Of a stretch of DNA of 64,000 bases, positions 1 through 14,472 are shown piece after piece (position 1 is the stretch's first letter; each line of letters begins with the position of its first letter). This DNA is from Oculina patagonica (Eukaryota). The notes below the pieces were generated by a model. The model did no database searches. It had not been told where the DNA came from and saw only the letters and a list, made by a program, of their open reading frames with translations. The position numbers and the translations under genes are program-made. Where the stretch lies: NCBI RefSeq assembly GCF_052425735.1, contig NC_135759.1, forward strand, positions 46,128,001 to 46,192,000, in the 5' to 3' direction.

Positions 1-234
1 TCATATTGTTAAATAATGAAAACGTTGTCATTTATTATTGCCATGTCGATGTATCAGTATCAAGTTATCCCGATTTATCAGAACATGAAGTCATACTGGG
101 ACCAACTTTAGCTATAATATTTTATCAAACGTTATCTTTTATTGCTCAGTTTTTTGTCTAACCACAGTTTTTTACTTTAAACTGTCACGACCAACGAGAT
201 ACTATCTCTTCGCTTTTTCCTTTTTTTTTATCAG

Positions 235-765
235 AGAGCAGAAATGAATTTACCTCCTCTTCAAGCCGAGGCTCGGCTGAAATGTGACATCAAAGCTATC
301 ACGACTATTGCCATCACCATAGCAACGTACTTCCTCTGTTATGTTCCTTCTATTGTTGTTGCTGTGGTCGGTCTGAAGCACGAAAACCAAGCGGAGCACT
401 GGTTTGGTTTCACTGCCTGGTATTGCCTTTACATCTCAAGCACCGTGAACCCGATTATATACTATCTACGAACCAACCGGTTTCGTTCTGCTTTCAAGCA
501 GTTTTTCAGAGATCCTCTTGGATCAAGCGACTTCAAAGAAAAGCCAAGCGGCCGTGGCACTGGGGTGAAACGAAAAGCTAACATTACTATCTCAAGAAAG
601 AGGGATGGTATAAAAGCTAAAAGCGGCAAAACGCTTGAAGTTCAATTTGATGAAAACCAAAAACATTCAGGCGAAAAAAATAATGAAATGGTGATTTTAG
701 CCATTAACAACCTAAGTACTCGGGATCCTTGCATTTCACTGCTTTCATTTATCTGGCGAAAATAG
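235..765 (+). CDS. Terminal exon of a class A (rhodopsin-like) GPCR: ICL3, TM6, TM7 and C-tail; upstream exons lie outside the window
   Basis: Pyrimidine tract plus CAG acceptor ending at 234, in frame with ORF 244-765. TM6 'KAITTIAITIATYFLCYVP' (FxxCxxP), TM7 'YISSTVNPIIYYLR' (NPxxY) and helix 8 'FRSAF'. Confidence 0.85.
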   Translation, partial: RAEMNLPPLQAEARLKCDIKAITTIAITIATYFLCYVPSIVVAVVGLKHENQAEHWFGFTAWYCLYISSTVNPIIYYLRTNRFRSAFKQFFRDPLGSSDFKEKPSGRGTGVKRKANITISRKRDGIKAKSGKTLEVQFDENQKHSGEKNNEMVILAINNLSTRDPCISLLSFIWRK

Positions 766-2715
766 TGAATAAACGGGAAGCAACAAAACATAAAGCACAG
801 AAGTCATGCGAACGAAAACGGGTGAGGACAAACGTGCGAGGGAATGAAAGAACTGCTCAAGGAATGTAGGCTCACAAATAAGCCCAAAGCACATATAGAG
901 CAAATCTTCGTTCTTTTGAAATTACCGACTTAGTTATCAAGCTCAAGAGAAAAGATAACTTGTCAACAACGAAGACGAAAACAACAACACCAACAACAAC
1001 AACCTTTATTCCCAGTCAGGTGTTAACTTTGTACCCACTCGGCGTGTTCCATTGGAAATATGCAAATCTGATTGGTTCTCTCATCGCTGTCTATCTGTGC
1101 TTGAAAGGAAAAATAGTCCTGGCTTAGTTTTTTGGACTCCGATCCTAGCGTCTACTAAAACAATCAGAATACTGATGAGCAGCAGTCACTCACTTCCTGA
1201 AAACTCGGTCTCGCAGTGTACAACTATGCTGAAATTGTTAATTAGCAAACAAAGCAATAAATAATGGTTGTATAACATGAAAATCACAAGGATAAAGACG
1301 ATCCAGTAAACCAATCAAAACTTTAAGTAAGTATGCATGTGACTCGGCACTTGACATTTTGCACCGTTGGTTGTTGAACAAACTCGTTCCACTGAACTTT
1401 GGCGTGAGCTAGGCGACGATAAGATTTATAGGTGATGGCGGCTGCACGCCTTATCAGGACGCTCTACTTCTTCAACGTTTCTATCGTAATTCTCTTGCTC
1501 TAAAACAGAGAACAAAGAACAGTAACAACAGTAGTGCAACAATGCAATTGTAACTGTATAGTGTTTTAGATGTATTATGCGTTATCTAGATTTTAGTTTA
1601 GATTTTAAACAAGATTATAATTTAAGTATTTGTAGATCAGTGAAGAGCCACCTTGTGGAAATGCTACAAATAAACTTTTATCATCAACAACAACATCATC
1701 ACAGATCTCTCAAATCTCGCGATTTTGCCGTGAGACTCACGGTGTTCACTTTAATCTCAAAATGACACTCAGAAATCTCATGGAAAACAGGGTCACAAGT
1801 CACTTGATTAGCACCTAGATCTAGTTATTTTTTGTCCGTCAGTTGATCAAGACAAAAAAATCTCCCGGTTTTTACTGAATTCTCCAGATTGTTTGACCTC
1901 AATCTCCAGATTTCAAGTGCTTTGAGGTTGGAGTAGCGAGTGGAAACAATGTAAGCTATAGGAAAAGAAAACCCTGCCATTTTACACTTAAAGTGGTAAA
2001 GTATTCCTAAAGAACTGCCTCATGAAGAATGCTGAAAATAGCATTTTAGACATAAGGCATAAGACGTAACTTTTTCAAGTGGTCATGCACTTAGCCGTCT
2101 TAGCTACATGAAGAGTTTACGGTGCAGCTAATTCGCAGGCATGCCACTGGAGCTTCTAGATGTCAAAATGTTAGGGGAAAGCATGCGCTTCTCTCGCGCG
2201 GTTTTGTGACCCGCGCGAAAAGCCGCGTTTCGCCGGCCTAGCGTGGGCCTGCCGCAGGCGAGGAAGAAAAGCTCTGATATCCAGGGGTATTGCCTTCGAC
2301 GCTAGCAAGATTTAGCTCGATTTTGATTTACCAGCAGCTAGAAAACGTGTTTCAAAAATGCGGGGAATTTGTTGGTCTTTGGTCCCTAATAAATGGACAT
2401 AAATTGGCTCGATGGTACGTGTGAAAAAAAAAAATCCCAAACGGAGCAAATCGAATAAGTCGTTTATATACGAGTGGGGTTTAACATGCATTGATTAAGA
2501 ACATCGTGCATTCACATTATTAAACAACAAAAAAAGCTTCAAGCCCAGTCAGTTGTATGAACAGTAAACGACTTTTAGCCTATTCATTCTACGAATGTTT
2601 GTTTTCAGCGAGTGAAAATACCATTAAAAACCTTTGAATATTGACACCTAAAAGTACGTACTCAACGATCGTACTTTACTCTTTCGTCAGTACATATTCA
2701 CTTAGTAATTGAAAA

Positions 2716-3261
2716 TTACTTCATAACAAATATTTTATCTTTTGAAGATGCACTTCCGTCCATCTTTCGAAGTATAAAGTCACTATATTTGAAATGCAGT
2801 GTATTAGCGGGTTGAAACTTGTCTGAAGACCTTGTGTTTGCTTTCGGAAAGTGCGGTTCGCTGAGCGACTCTGTTGTTTCTTTGCTCTTTGCAGTAACTT
2901 TCTTGATATCATTGTCTGTAGTTTTCAGCTTAATAAACGGAAGTTTCACAGCATCACTAACAAACATGTCTCTGTACTTTTCTTTTTTCCTTTTCGAGGG
3001 TTTCGCATAAGGATCTCTGCATACAAGTGGCCTATATCTCTGGACGTCGATTTCTGGCAATTTGAAGTGAAAGTTCGCTTTGTTGTAAATGCCGTAATTA
3101 TCGACCTCGTGTACTGTTGCCAAATTCTCCGCGAAGCAAACTTTTGCTTTGTTAAAATCCGGTTTGTTTCTGTTCTGAAAATACATTGAAGTTCGGCGAT
3201 ACTTTGACTTCATCGCCGTACCGTCTCGAGGCGTCCAGTTCAACAACGTTTGCGAAGTCAT
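2716..3261 (-). CDS. Intronless uncharacterised basic 181-aa protein with a PP1-docking RVxF-like motif (KAKVCF)
   Basis: 546-nt ORF with protein-like composition; the true start may be the upstream in-frame codon region or M17. TATAAAG on the minus strand near 3384-3390. No family recognised. Confidence 0.55.
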   Translation of the reverse strand: MTSQTLLNWTPRDGTAMKSKYRRTSMYFQNRNKPDFNKAKVCFAENLATVHEVDNYGIYNKANFHFKLPEIDVQRYRPLVCRDPYAKPSKRKKEKYRDMFVSDAVKLPFIKLKTTDNDIKKVTAKSKETTESLSEPHFPKANTRSSDKFQPANTLHFKYSDFILRKMDGSASSKDKIFVMK

Positions 3262-5532
3262 CCCGCCATTTTCTGTACAAGTTTGTTGTCAGTTCTTTGG
3301 ATAGCAACCAACTTCACACTTGACAAATGGTCGTCTTTAGAGTCCTGTTTTGCGGAACCACGCACCATAAATGAAACACCACTACTTTATAACTTGCATC
3401 GTTCACTTTTAGACACTCAGCTCGCGCTCAAAAGAACAGGAATTTTAGTCACAGGTACAGCCAAAGCAGTTGCGAGTTGTGAGTGTATAAACTCTTCAAA
3501 TCCTTTTTTCGCTTTATCACCTTGAACAATAGTGTTAAACATGGATCCTTTCACGTTTTCTCAAAGCAACGAAGCCTCTTGGGAAGGACCCAATTGTTTA
3601 GTTCTTTTTCACGAAACGAATTATAAACAACTGTTGTTATTTTTTATGTTTTTAGAGGTGATTGAATTTAAAAAGTCAACTGCGATGACTCTTGTTTGAA
3701 AAAATTCTTATGTGCTATTTATCGGGAAAGCTTGTTTTGCTTTCTATCAAAGTATTACGTGTGGAAAGCGGCAACTTAAACACGGATTTGATTATCCGAC
3801 ATTAATTACAAAATGCAAATATTCCTGACGCGACTGAAATACTTAACTTGTCTATCTTTTGTCAAAACAAAGCACTTCAGTTTTCTAAACGGAAGCCGTA
3901 AATCTCTTTAACAATAAAGTAATTAAAGTGTCCTTGACTAGAACTTGGTAATTTTAGCGTTATGTTTCGCAAACAATCCACAAAGTTAAAAGATTCCATC
4001 AACTAGCAGTGAGTTATTTATTTGAAAAGACAGCGGGATCACCAGGCCATTTGCCTTTTCAGTAACCTATTTTCAAGCTCAAACGTTTTAATTTCAATTT
4101 ACAATGAAGAAGGCAATTGTATTTTCTAAAGAAGGATACAGCTGTATGCGTTAGAAAGGAATTGTTATAAACATCACGGAAATGTAGTAAATCGGTCAAA
4201 ATTAAACCACGCTCACAACTAAAATCGTGCCGGTTTGCTCAAGCTGCCTGCTTGTTATTAGAATTGTAATTGGTCGTACTGGCAAGGCTATGACAACACA
4301 GTCGTGACGTATCATTGCATTTTAAATGGCTTCACTGTTCGAAATCTGACGCAAACACTCAAGAAAGTTGAAGAGAATAGAATTCAAATTGGATCGTAAC
4401 CAAATTGGCTCATGCCCTAACTGTTACGTTAAACCTTTTTTATACTCTGACACTGACAGGTTTTCTGTGAGAAAGAAACCCGCATGAGATCTCAGCCGTT
4501 TTATAAGAAGGACTAACAGAGCTGCACTCTAGCAGAGCCTGGGTGCCATAGGCAACTTTTTTTTTTTTTTTCATTGGGTGACTTGTTGTATAACAGTGCA
4601 ATCGCGAAAGCCTTTAAGAGCTGGGCAAGATTTCTTACAAAAGAGCCTTTAGGCACCCCGTAATAGGCCTTATGCATGATAACGTCATAAGTTCAAACTT
4701 CACCACCAAGCCTCTTTTTTACGCAAATTATTCGCAACTTTTCGCCACTTTCATGCATTTTTTACGTAGAAATTCTTTTCATCTTTGCTGCTTTGGGAAT
4801 TCGTAGCCAGGTTGACGTAATCAAGCATAAGGGCTATTATTCTAAGAGCACAGCTTTGACTAAGCATAAACAGAGATGTCCTCTGATTGGTTAAATTTCA
4901 GTTGCCTTTGGAGGGGCCTGTTACTGACCCAACGTTGGGCGAGAGAAGGTGAAATTCAAATAAACAAAGACAAAACTAAAACTAAGCTAGTTTGAAGCAG
5001 GTAATTGCATGGCTGAAGTAGAATGTAGCTGGTATGTGATTCGGTTTTAGTAAACAGTGACGATACTTGATGTTTAACAGTTTTTCCCTTTATTTATGTA
5101 ACAGGATACTGTTGTTTTATTTACAAAAGAATACAAAAGAATACAAAAGTGTCAACATAGTTCATATACACCAAACTAAGATAGCATTGAGAAATTCTAC
5201 TTTGTCCGTCGAATTTCGTTCTCATTTATTTACAACTTTCTGCTACGAAGCGGCTTCATAGGCAAACCTAGAACAGGGAGAGTGAGGGCAAGGAGAGATA
5301 AAGAGGAAGCATGTGAAGCGATGGGATTATCTCCTCTCTCCCGCCTGTCCTTCTCTCCAATCTCCGCACGCTTTATCGCTCTAGCGGCACTTGCAAGGCA
5401 AGAGAGAATAGTAACAGGTATTTCAAATATTTTTTGCAACTGGCAATTATACAGACTTGTCTGATATATTTTTAAATATAGGAATTGAGTGTTGCCTGGA
5501 AGCTTCATTGCTTCGGTGTTATACAAATGAAG

Positions 5533-8500
5533 TTAATCCCCGGCGGAGGTTGCAGAATACCCCAGGGGTTTAGATCGTCCAACCACTTGGGTAAATCTTG
5601 GCCTCTTCTTCAGCTTCTCTTCTGAGCTCAGGAATTTTTGAGCATCGGGCGACCTGACAAAATTAAAAAAAAGGAAATTAAATTCGGAATAATAACAAAA
5701 CTAGTGAGTCCCCTGCAAAGGCAGTTTCTTTTAACAAGAGATGATGCTAATGTCACTAACATTCAAATTTAAGCTTCGTAAGATCGAATGTAATGAGGCT
5801 GGCTATTAACGATTTTTTTAGTCACAAAATTCGCTTCAGGTTTTAAGCCCAACCGTGTTATCTTTTACTCTGACGTGATGAACAAACAAACAATTGAGCA
5901 TTTGGAAAGGTTTTTTCACTTTTTCAGCCCACTACTCTTTTTAGCTAATAATTGGCCAAATCAAGTGAAACCGATCAAAAAATTGATGTCAAAAATTCAC
6001 CGCGCATCACTGCAATTGTATGAACACTACTTACATTTTTACACGGCTGATAGCATCTGACATTTCTTTCGTCTTTTTATGATTATTCCCTAATGTCGCA
6101 CTCAGCATGTTGTAGCCCTGCAACGAGAACATCTGCATTTTAAATTTCCTGAGAAAAGAAAAACTAAACTGGAAAAGTGAAGATCATAAAATATATGGAA
6201 TGTGGGATTTTCAAGGTAGGCTGGGTGGTATAACCTTTGTCAGCCATTTCAATGCTTGTTCTGTTTTTCCTTGCTTGAGTCTGATGCTACCCAGCATCTG
6301 ATATGAAGCAGCCGCCTGCTCACTGGGGTCGCCATACAGCTCTACTTTAGCTTCTGCCACTGACCTCTGAAGAGACACCGCATCCTCAAGACTGCCGTCA
6401 CGGACTAACAGACGGCTTAGCTCATCCTGAGTGGAACAATTGGAAGGACACCAGCATTATTGGTATTATTACTCTAAAACAGAGTAGCCAATACCTGTAG
6501 TGCACCATTATTACAGCTGCAGTACCAGATCAATGTGTTTTCACGCGTTTTGTTGAGGCAAAATTCTAATATCAATCTGATTCTATATAAAGTCAGGAAC
6601 ATGTGCTTTATTGGTATCGAGGTAAACTTTCTTCTTTTATAACAGTCGCTCGTTAAATTACAAAATGCTTTACATTTTCTATTCAAAGCACTACCAAACT
6701 GACGTTATATCCTACTACAAGGCCAGCCCCAGATTTCAATCTACGATACAGAGGTGTCTATTTATCTACCATAACGTTAAAAACTAGTTGTACCTATCGG
6801 TAAGTGCCAACGAGCGAAATACTCATGTTTGTTCATAAGAACAGATATTGAATGGTTTTTGATAGAACTATATTTGAAATGACCAAAATATGGTAAATTG
6901 TATTTTATAGGAAAATCCATTACCTGACGAGGGAATTCCACGTTAAATTTCACGCGAAAAACCGATATCGGTTTTTCAAGTGAAATTTAACGTGGAATTC
7001 ACGAGTCAGGTAATAGATTTTCCTTGAATCGCATAGCCTTTTTAGAGTAAAAAAGAAAACCAAATTTCTTTTTTTGTTTTGGCTGAATGTTGCAATTTTT
7101 AACGCGCGCTCAGGAAGCCATTCAAGAAATTCTTAAAAATCAAATCCCAAAATCAAAACTGCTAAGATGCTTTTTTAAAAATAATTTTCAGTAATCAGAG
7201 ACAGTAATGCACGGGTCAGATTTCAGTCTCGCATGCGAAGTGTCATGTTCAGTTACGCAAAACTTGAAAAATGTGAACAGAAAACAAAACTTGAACGGTC
7301 AAGGATTATTTGGAGACAAAATTTTTATTCAAGTTAACATTACATTTGCCGTTTGAAGCAAAAAACTTTTGACTTTCTTGTGTGTATGACATGCAGTAAT
7401 TTTAGTGAGCGTCGCTTTGTATTGAGGTTATTCCTACGCGGAGCGAAAATGCGTGCCAAATAAAATATAAACGGTATTTGATTCGGAATAAATCATCGGT
7501 CAAACAATTACAAAAACACAATCGAGACTAAAAGGAAGCATTTACCCGTCAGCATTCTCAAAAGTCAAGAAACTCTTTTTGAAGTCAACAGTCCGCTTTT
7601 GATTTTCATGTCTCTCTTCGATCGTAAATCAAAGGACTCCAAAGTCGAAAGATTATTTCATCGCTTTGAAGACCTTGATGTTCATTTTTTCGGCGGTCGA
7701 ATATTCTGTAGGGTATTCTCTTTCGATTTATAATTCCCTAAAGGTGTATTTATCGGTAAAGGGATGAATGACCACATTGATAATTTTAACAGCGAGCCGC
7801 GTGGACGCCATTTTGGTCATTTGCTCTCTAGCAAGGAGTGAGAGACTGGGAACCAGTTGGGAAGAACAATACAACCCAAATATGGGGTTTACTTACACCC
7901 AAATATGGTAAAAAAAAAAGTCCCTTACGCAGAACTTAAGATTTTCTCTGCCTATACACTCATACGCACACGGCTCTATGATTCTGCCGCCTCAACAGCC
8001 TCGCCTCTTGGCTCGGCTGTCTCGTTGGCAACAATGACTGTACTTTTTCAGCCAGAAATATGTAACGAACCCAGTATACAGTTTTTTCATTCTATTTTTA
8101 ATGGGTGGGATAATTTTTTATATTTTTAATAGCATATACTTAAGTGTATTTTAATTTTAGTCCTACGTTTTATACATGAGCCTCTGGCTCGGACATTGAA
8201 ATTGTATTGTATTGTATTGTAACTAACAACTGTACTATATTGTGGCCCGCAAATCGCAGCGTCTAAATAAAAGAAATATCCGCTGCACAGGGTAAACGCA
8301 CATTTGGCTCACTTCCTCCCTGCAAAAAGATACCCAACATGAAAAGGCATAGAAGTTAGATTACAACAAACGAGTACTAGCAAACAAACCTGAGCCTTGA
8401 TAGTTGAGTTGTGATAAGGACCTCTGTGTTTCATGTACAAAGTAATGGCATCTTCAAGGTATTGCTTTGCTTTGTGTTGGTTGTCATCGTCATTCATGTA

Positions 8501-11500
8501 ACCAGAAGCCACAACAAATGATGAATCTGCCACTTCCACTGAATCTTCTCCAAATCTGTCACACAATGCAGAAATATAGTTTTATTAAGGAATTTACCCA
8601 GAATTATCGCAGACATGATTCCTTGAACTGGTCATTTCCAAGCAATAAATAAATATACGAATGAAAACCGCGGGAACAATTTTATGAACCTGCAGACTAC
8701 TTGGACGTTTTGTTTGCAGACATCTTTTACAAATAATATACCTTGCTTTACTGAGATCATGAGCTTGTAATAATAGCTTCGTAGCCCTTTCATGGCTGGA
8801 TGCATCACCCTGGCTGCTTTCTGCGCGTGCAAGACATTGATAAATTGGAATCAGCTCTTTGCTGTCTTCTCCATAGTATTTCTGAGCAACTTCTAATGCC
8901 TGCAATGAAGAAAATGAAAATCAGTGAACTAGAAAAGAAGAAATTGGTCCGGGTAAGAAGGCAAATATTTAGAAATAGAGAAATCATTGTAAGATTTAGG
9001 GAGAACAGATAGTTACATGTCACGGTACATACAGAATGCCTTTCCATGATCTTTTGACTCTTGTGATGTTTTTACCTCATACAGCTTTGATGTATGGCGA
9101 TTGACTTAGTTTTTAATAGGCTGTTCTTAATTTATAGTTACATTTTTTTTTTGATGATGTATGGCGATTGACTTAGTTTTTAATAGGCTGTTCTTAATTT
9201 ATAGTTACATTTTTTTTGATGATGTATGGCGATTGACTTAGTTTTTAATAGGCTGTTCTTAATTTATAGTTACATTTTTCTTTTCATTTTACTATTTATT
9301 CATACCATATTTTTATATCTTAGTGCATTTTAAATACAACTGGAGTACTTGTCGTCATCACCTGTAAATCAACAATACGAATGATTACAAAGTACCTCTT
9401 GTTTAATACCTTTTCAAAAGACTCCAGAGCATATCCAGTTTTATGTGCTTTCAGGCTGACACGGCCAAGTGACATCAATATTTGAAGCCTTCTTTCTGGG
9501 TCCTGATGTTTGAATCCCAGTTCCTCTCTTTCTTTTGATACTAGTTCTGCTTTCTTTAAACTGTGCTCTGCTTTCTGAGTGCTGTGAAAAATGGAGAGAC
9601 TTTCTTGAAATAAATTATTTAACAAGCTACATGTACTGTAAAATCAGAGGTCTGGGTGTTAAGAATGGGCACATCATTTATAACCATGCTGGGTTTTGCA
9701 GTGCAGGATTTACTTTAATAACAATCTCTTATATTTTACGTTGACAGCAGCTGTGAGTGCTACAGTTGGCATCTAGTTCATACAACTCTCCAAAACACTA
9801 CAGTAGATTTGTACTTACTTTTTCATGGCAATGTGAGCCTGTCCCATAATGAGATAAATCAACTCCATGACAGGTAACACATCAGATTTATCATAAACCT
9901 GTCTTCCTTGCTGTTTGGCTGCATCTGCTGCAAGCAATACATCACGAGCGTTCCCAGCATGAAGTAGAGCTTGTTGAGCTAAACCTTAACAACATGTAAA
10001 AAAAATTAATAATCAATTAATTTCATGTACAGGTGCTGTATTATTTCATCATTTAAAACCAACACATGAAACTATTAATATCCTACTGCTGGGCAATCCT
10101 ATAGAACCTTCTACCGGGAGAGTGCCGCAATGCAATTTCCCTAAGGAGTTTTAAAAAATTACCATGCGCTGGATGCAATTACCGGTAAAGACATTGATTT
10201 TTATAAGGCAACCTCTACTACAAGAATTTTTAGCATTTTTTATCTTTCTATCGCTAAAATATCTGTGTAATTTAAGTTTGGTATTTTTACCTTAGTTTTT
10301 ACTTTATTTATACATGGCCCCATGATTGAGTGATTGATTGAATGATTAATTGAAGTACCTGAAAAAGCTATAAAAGCCCACTGTACCACCGTATGGCAAA
10401 GTTATCAATGACAATAGTCACAGTTGCATTACTTTGAAAAGTTTAATTTTACAGCTTTTAACAAAAGTCAGTGATGCAACTGACAACTGCAGTCAAAATT
10501 CACTGTTCAATAAACATTAACACTGCAGTTATTGTACCACCAATCAAGGTGTTATTTCAATAGCCACAGTACAACCTTACCTTGTGATGACCCAATATAA
10601 AGACCATCTTTTTAACAACCACTTTCCTTTGGTCGCAAAGAAAGCACAGTATGTTGGTACATCTTGAAAAAATTAGCCTAATTTTTTTACAATTATTTTA
10701 TCCTAACAACCCTTGTTTAGTTCTGTGTTTTACCTTGGAAAACTATTAATACAAATGTATGCTATACATGTATGTCTACACCATTAATGTGCACATCCCT
10801 GTAAATTTTGGTAGCCCGTAAGTGGTCTTGAGAGGATTCTACTGTCAGGGCTGCAAATACGGTAACAGTCGGTCATCGGACATTGGCTGACCAAAATTTG
10901 CTCATGTCCGACGAAATGTCAAGTGTGGTCGGACATAATGTCCGGACAATTTTTCGATCGTAAATCATTTTAGGGCAACAATGAATAAAATTTAACCTTT
11001 TGTTTTTGGTAATGTTCGATCAAAATTTTGTTCTGTCCGACCAAGAAGGTGTCTTAGTAGGAAAAAACGTCCTTTCAAGTGAAAAAAAATATTTGCAGCC
11101 CTGTACTGTACATAATAAGAATGCATACTAATCATAACTTGCTTTGCTGTTACTCACCTCTTTGTTCAAGATATGCCTGTGACAGCTTGGAATAAGCTTT
11201 GGCCAGCTTCCAGTGATTATCTCCATACATGATTCTAGTCAATGCTACACAACGCACACGATCATACACAGCTCTCTCATCTCCCATACTGGCAAATTCC
11301 CGTGCTTGTCTTCTGTAGTTTTTTAACAATACCTCAGGTGGGGCTAAACCTGATTAAAGTGAACATATTACATAACCGATGTAAGTTTTAAGGATAAAAA
11401 AAGTTACATGGCTCTTCGGTGCCTGCGTTTTAATATGAATATCTATTTTCTACATCACTCCCATTGAGGCTTGCATCATAGTTTGTAGAGGAACTATGCT

Positions 11501-14236
11501 TGCATTTGTGACGAGATGGTGCAGACAAAATAACCTGCAATTATAATTGTAAACCAAAAAGGAGGGAACGAAGAAAAATTTGCTATGTTTCAGGCTGGCT
11601 ATGTTTATTGGGTTTTCAGTGAAATTCGAACTCTGAAATTTAATCCTCAACCAACGGTTTATGCTTTTTGCTGCTGTCAATCATCTTAACGGACCTTTTG
11701 GGAAACAGACGTTCACTTCAACTGGGTCAAAAGGTCATGTCTCTTGATTGTGATTGGTAAATTTCGATCCATTTTGTTTGTTCATGTTTTTCATGGTTCA
11801 TTAGCTGTCGCCATAATTATGATTGACGGCAGCGAAAAGCGCAATCATTAGTTGGATTTTCAAAGTTCACATTTCACTGAAAACCGCAATAAATCAGCCA
11901 AATCATGACAATTACAACAGAACCTTCAATTCGTCAAACAGCAGCTTCATGTAAAAACAAAAAACTACTTTTAACAGTTGTTGTTGTTTCACAAGAGATT
12001 TTTTTGTTTTTTGCAGGATATCATAACAATAATTTTTAAAAATAATTATAACAATCTTTATTCAGGGCACTCGCACCACAAATGTGGTATTCTGTGATTG
12101 GCTGCAACAAAAGTGCTGTCTTATAGCCCAGGGCTAGTTGAATGATTTGCTGTGTTAGCATGTTTTTATCAAGGGTTACCCAACAGACAAGCAACATTGG
12201 TTTTTTTTTCTGTTGACAAACCTCAGAAATGAGTGTGTAGCAGACAGTTCAAGAAGGAAAGTGAAGCAATTTTTTCTTTAGGTAACATGACAAAGAAAAT
12301 CAAAGTGACCTATGTCAAAGTTTTTAAGTAATGTTTAATAAATGAGCAGCAGTGTTTTATCAAGTTTAAAACACGAGGCGCAGTCGAGTGTTTTAGACTT
12401 GATAAAACACGAACTGCTAAAAATCTTCTGATGTAGATCAACACATTCTTGCACTAATATTTAGATTTGGGGTTATTTTGGCCTAGAAAATTGGACGTAA
12501 AGTTTAGCCGTGCCTTTATCAGATATAAAGACACTCATTAAACATTAATTTCTTTTGTATTTTCTTTATGAATTATTAATGAGTTTTTTAAATGATAAAT
12601 TATTTGCTGACATTAAAGTTATTAACATGCTCTTTGAAAGCATGACACACTAACCCCGAACATAATCTGCAGAGTTATCGCCATCTTCTCCATGATCAGA
12701 TTCCTCTGAAGAGGAATATCTGTGGCGCACTGAAATTCCTATCTGTTTGGGACTGCTGTTTGATGCTGATGGAATATGTATAACCTCTGGAATGACATTT
12801 CTCTGTTGTCCTGTTCAAAACGTTAACAATTTATCACTGTTACCAATAAATTAGCTCACCTTACTTGTGCAGTGGCTGAAACTTTCAAGAGGCCACAATG
12901 GTTGAGCTCAAAACATTATGTTAAAACAGACATTATTACCTAAAACACAATAATTAATAAAAATGCAAAAAGTTATCCCCTCAATAAAATTTAGGTGTAA
13001 ATCTGCAATCAAACGCGACATCTCAGGGTGAACAGAGAAAAAGTATGACAATATGTGTTGGGATCATGGTGCATGTCCAAAAAAGTTTTAAAGTGCTTCC
13101 AATTAAATAACAGAGGTGTTCATTCTCCCATTAGTGTTATCACCTGTTGTATTAGTCCCAGGGGGTACTGGGAATTTCAAATGATGGGGATGATCGAATG
13201 GGGGAAAAATTCAAGACCCAAAAAAATCCCGAGGGCTTACAACGTAACCCAAAAAAATCCCTTGATCAAAAATTAACCCCTCAAAAATCAATGTTCAGTA
13301 AAACACGTTTGTTTGTATGCGGAGCTCCACAGCGGCCCGAAGGGCCGCAGAGCGGAGCCCCATACCCATAGAAAATTCACAGAAATAGGAAAACCATGAA
13401 CTTGAGTTTTCATGGTCATCATGGCTAGCGGCATGGCTCGCGGGCGCGTACGTACGGCGTACGTACGGTGTTGCGCACTTCAGAAATAGATAAACCCTCA
13501 TCTATTTGTTACTGGGCATCCAAGTTATGGTCAATTGACAGCTGTCAATACAAGGTATCCGCTGACCAGTATCACGTGATCATATCGCGGGCTCAGGTGT
13601 ATAACTCTTCGAGGTAACGCGTTTTTATAAAGTTTACCGCTTACCGAAAAATGGTTTTTTTATTGGATTGCGGGCTCATTAACTATCTTTTATGCCTACA
13701 GTCAGTGAATTCAGATATTTTAATAAAGGGCAAAGTAAATTACCGGGGAGCTCCGCTTTTAGGCTTGGCTAAATCTATTTATACTTTATTCGCAGAACTA
13801 AGCAGCCAAATTACAACCACAAATCTTTAGATTGTTTTAAATACCCCAAAACATCCTTACTTAAATCTAAAAAATATTTGCCAAATTTTCCTACCTTAAA
13901 AAATCCCAGAATCGAAAATTTCGAGCCCAAAATCCTGTCACTAGAAAACCCGAGTACCCCCCCCCCCCTTCCCCTGGGGTATTAGTTAATATGCGTGTTA
14001 ATAAACCAATCAGATTCAAGAATCTTCAGTTGTTGCACAATTTTATAAGAATTCTTATAATTAATTTATGGGGAATAATATTTACAGTTTTTTTCCGAAA
14101 AATGTCATTGAAGCAAAAGAATAATTAAAACCACACCTGAATGATGGAGTTCTTCGCTGTCACTTGCAGTGTCGGTTCTGCTAAGACTCGCGTCGCTTTC
14201 TGTACGAACAGCAGCTGAAGGCACTACTAGTTCCAT
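5533..14236 (-). CDS. TTC23: Tetratricopeptide repeat protein 23 (TTC23/TTC23L family), ~501 aa, 10 exons
   Basis: Exons (minus): 14236-14137, 12810-12655, 11349-11158, 9984-9819, 9581-9410, 8899-8742, 8555-8390, 6426-6235, 6117-6035, 5653-5533. All GT-AG and phase-consistent, 1506 nt in total. Translation includes 'VRCVALTRIMYGDNHWKLAKAYSKLSQAYLEQRGLAQQALLHA', which matches the TTC23 signature (RCVALTRICYGDSHWKLA). Confidence 0.9.
6910..7023. repeat. Palindromic/foldback repeat (~55-bp arms) in TTC23 intron 7
   Basis: GGAAAATCCATTACCTGAC..GAATTCCACGTTAAATTTCAC..AAAAACCGATATCGGTTTTT..GTGAAATTTAACGTGGAATTC..GTCAGGTAATAGATTTTCC. Confidence 0.8.
9088..9279. repeat. Tandem repeat, 3 x ~65-67 bp
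   Basis: Unit TGATGTATGGCGATTGACTTAGTTTTTAATAGGCTGTTCTTAATTTATAGTTACA(T)n starting at 9088, 9155 and 9220; units differ only in T-run length. Confidence 0.95.
10846..11103. mobile_element. hAT-like MITE
   Basis: TIR CAGGGCTGCAAATA...TATTTGCAGCCCTG; flanking TACTGT duplicated (10840-10845, 11104-11109). Confidence 0.8.
13157..13978. mobile_element. Non-autonomous DNA element (CCCAGGGG termini, 8-bp TSD) containing a nested repeat at ~13315-13780
   Basis: CCCAGGGGGTAC...GTACCCC..CCCCTGGG; TSD GTATTAGT at 13149-13156 and 13979-13986. Internal GCGGAGCTCC...GGAGCTCCGC segment with palindromes. Confidence 0.8.
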
Positions 14237-14472
14237 CTATAAATTTGATTGTCATACTTTGAAACGCATTTCATTCTTCACGAAACTTAAAGAGAAGATT
14301 GAGATTATCATAATGAACTTATAAGTGTTGAATCTCTGCTAAAATCTCTTCATAACACAGCGAACCTGCAGAAAAAAATGAAGCTAAAACTTTGCAACCT
14401 TTAGGGCAGGCTGACCAGCGCCATTTTCAATGTTTTCTGATCGCGCAATGCAAATCGGGAACGTGGCTTGTC

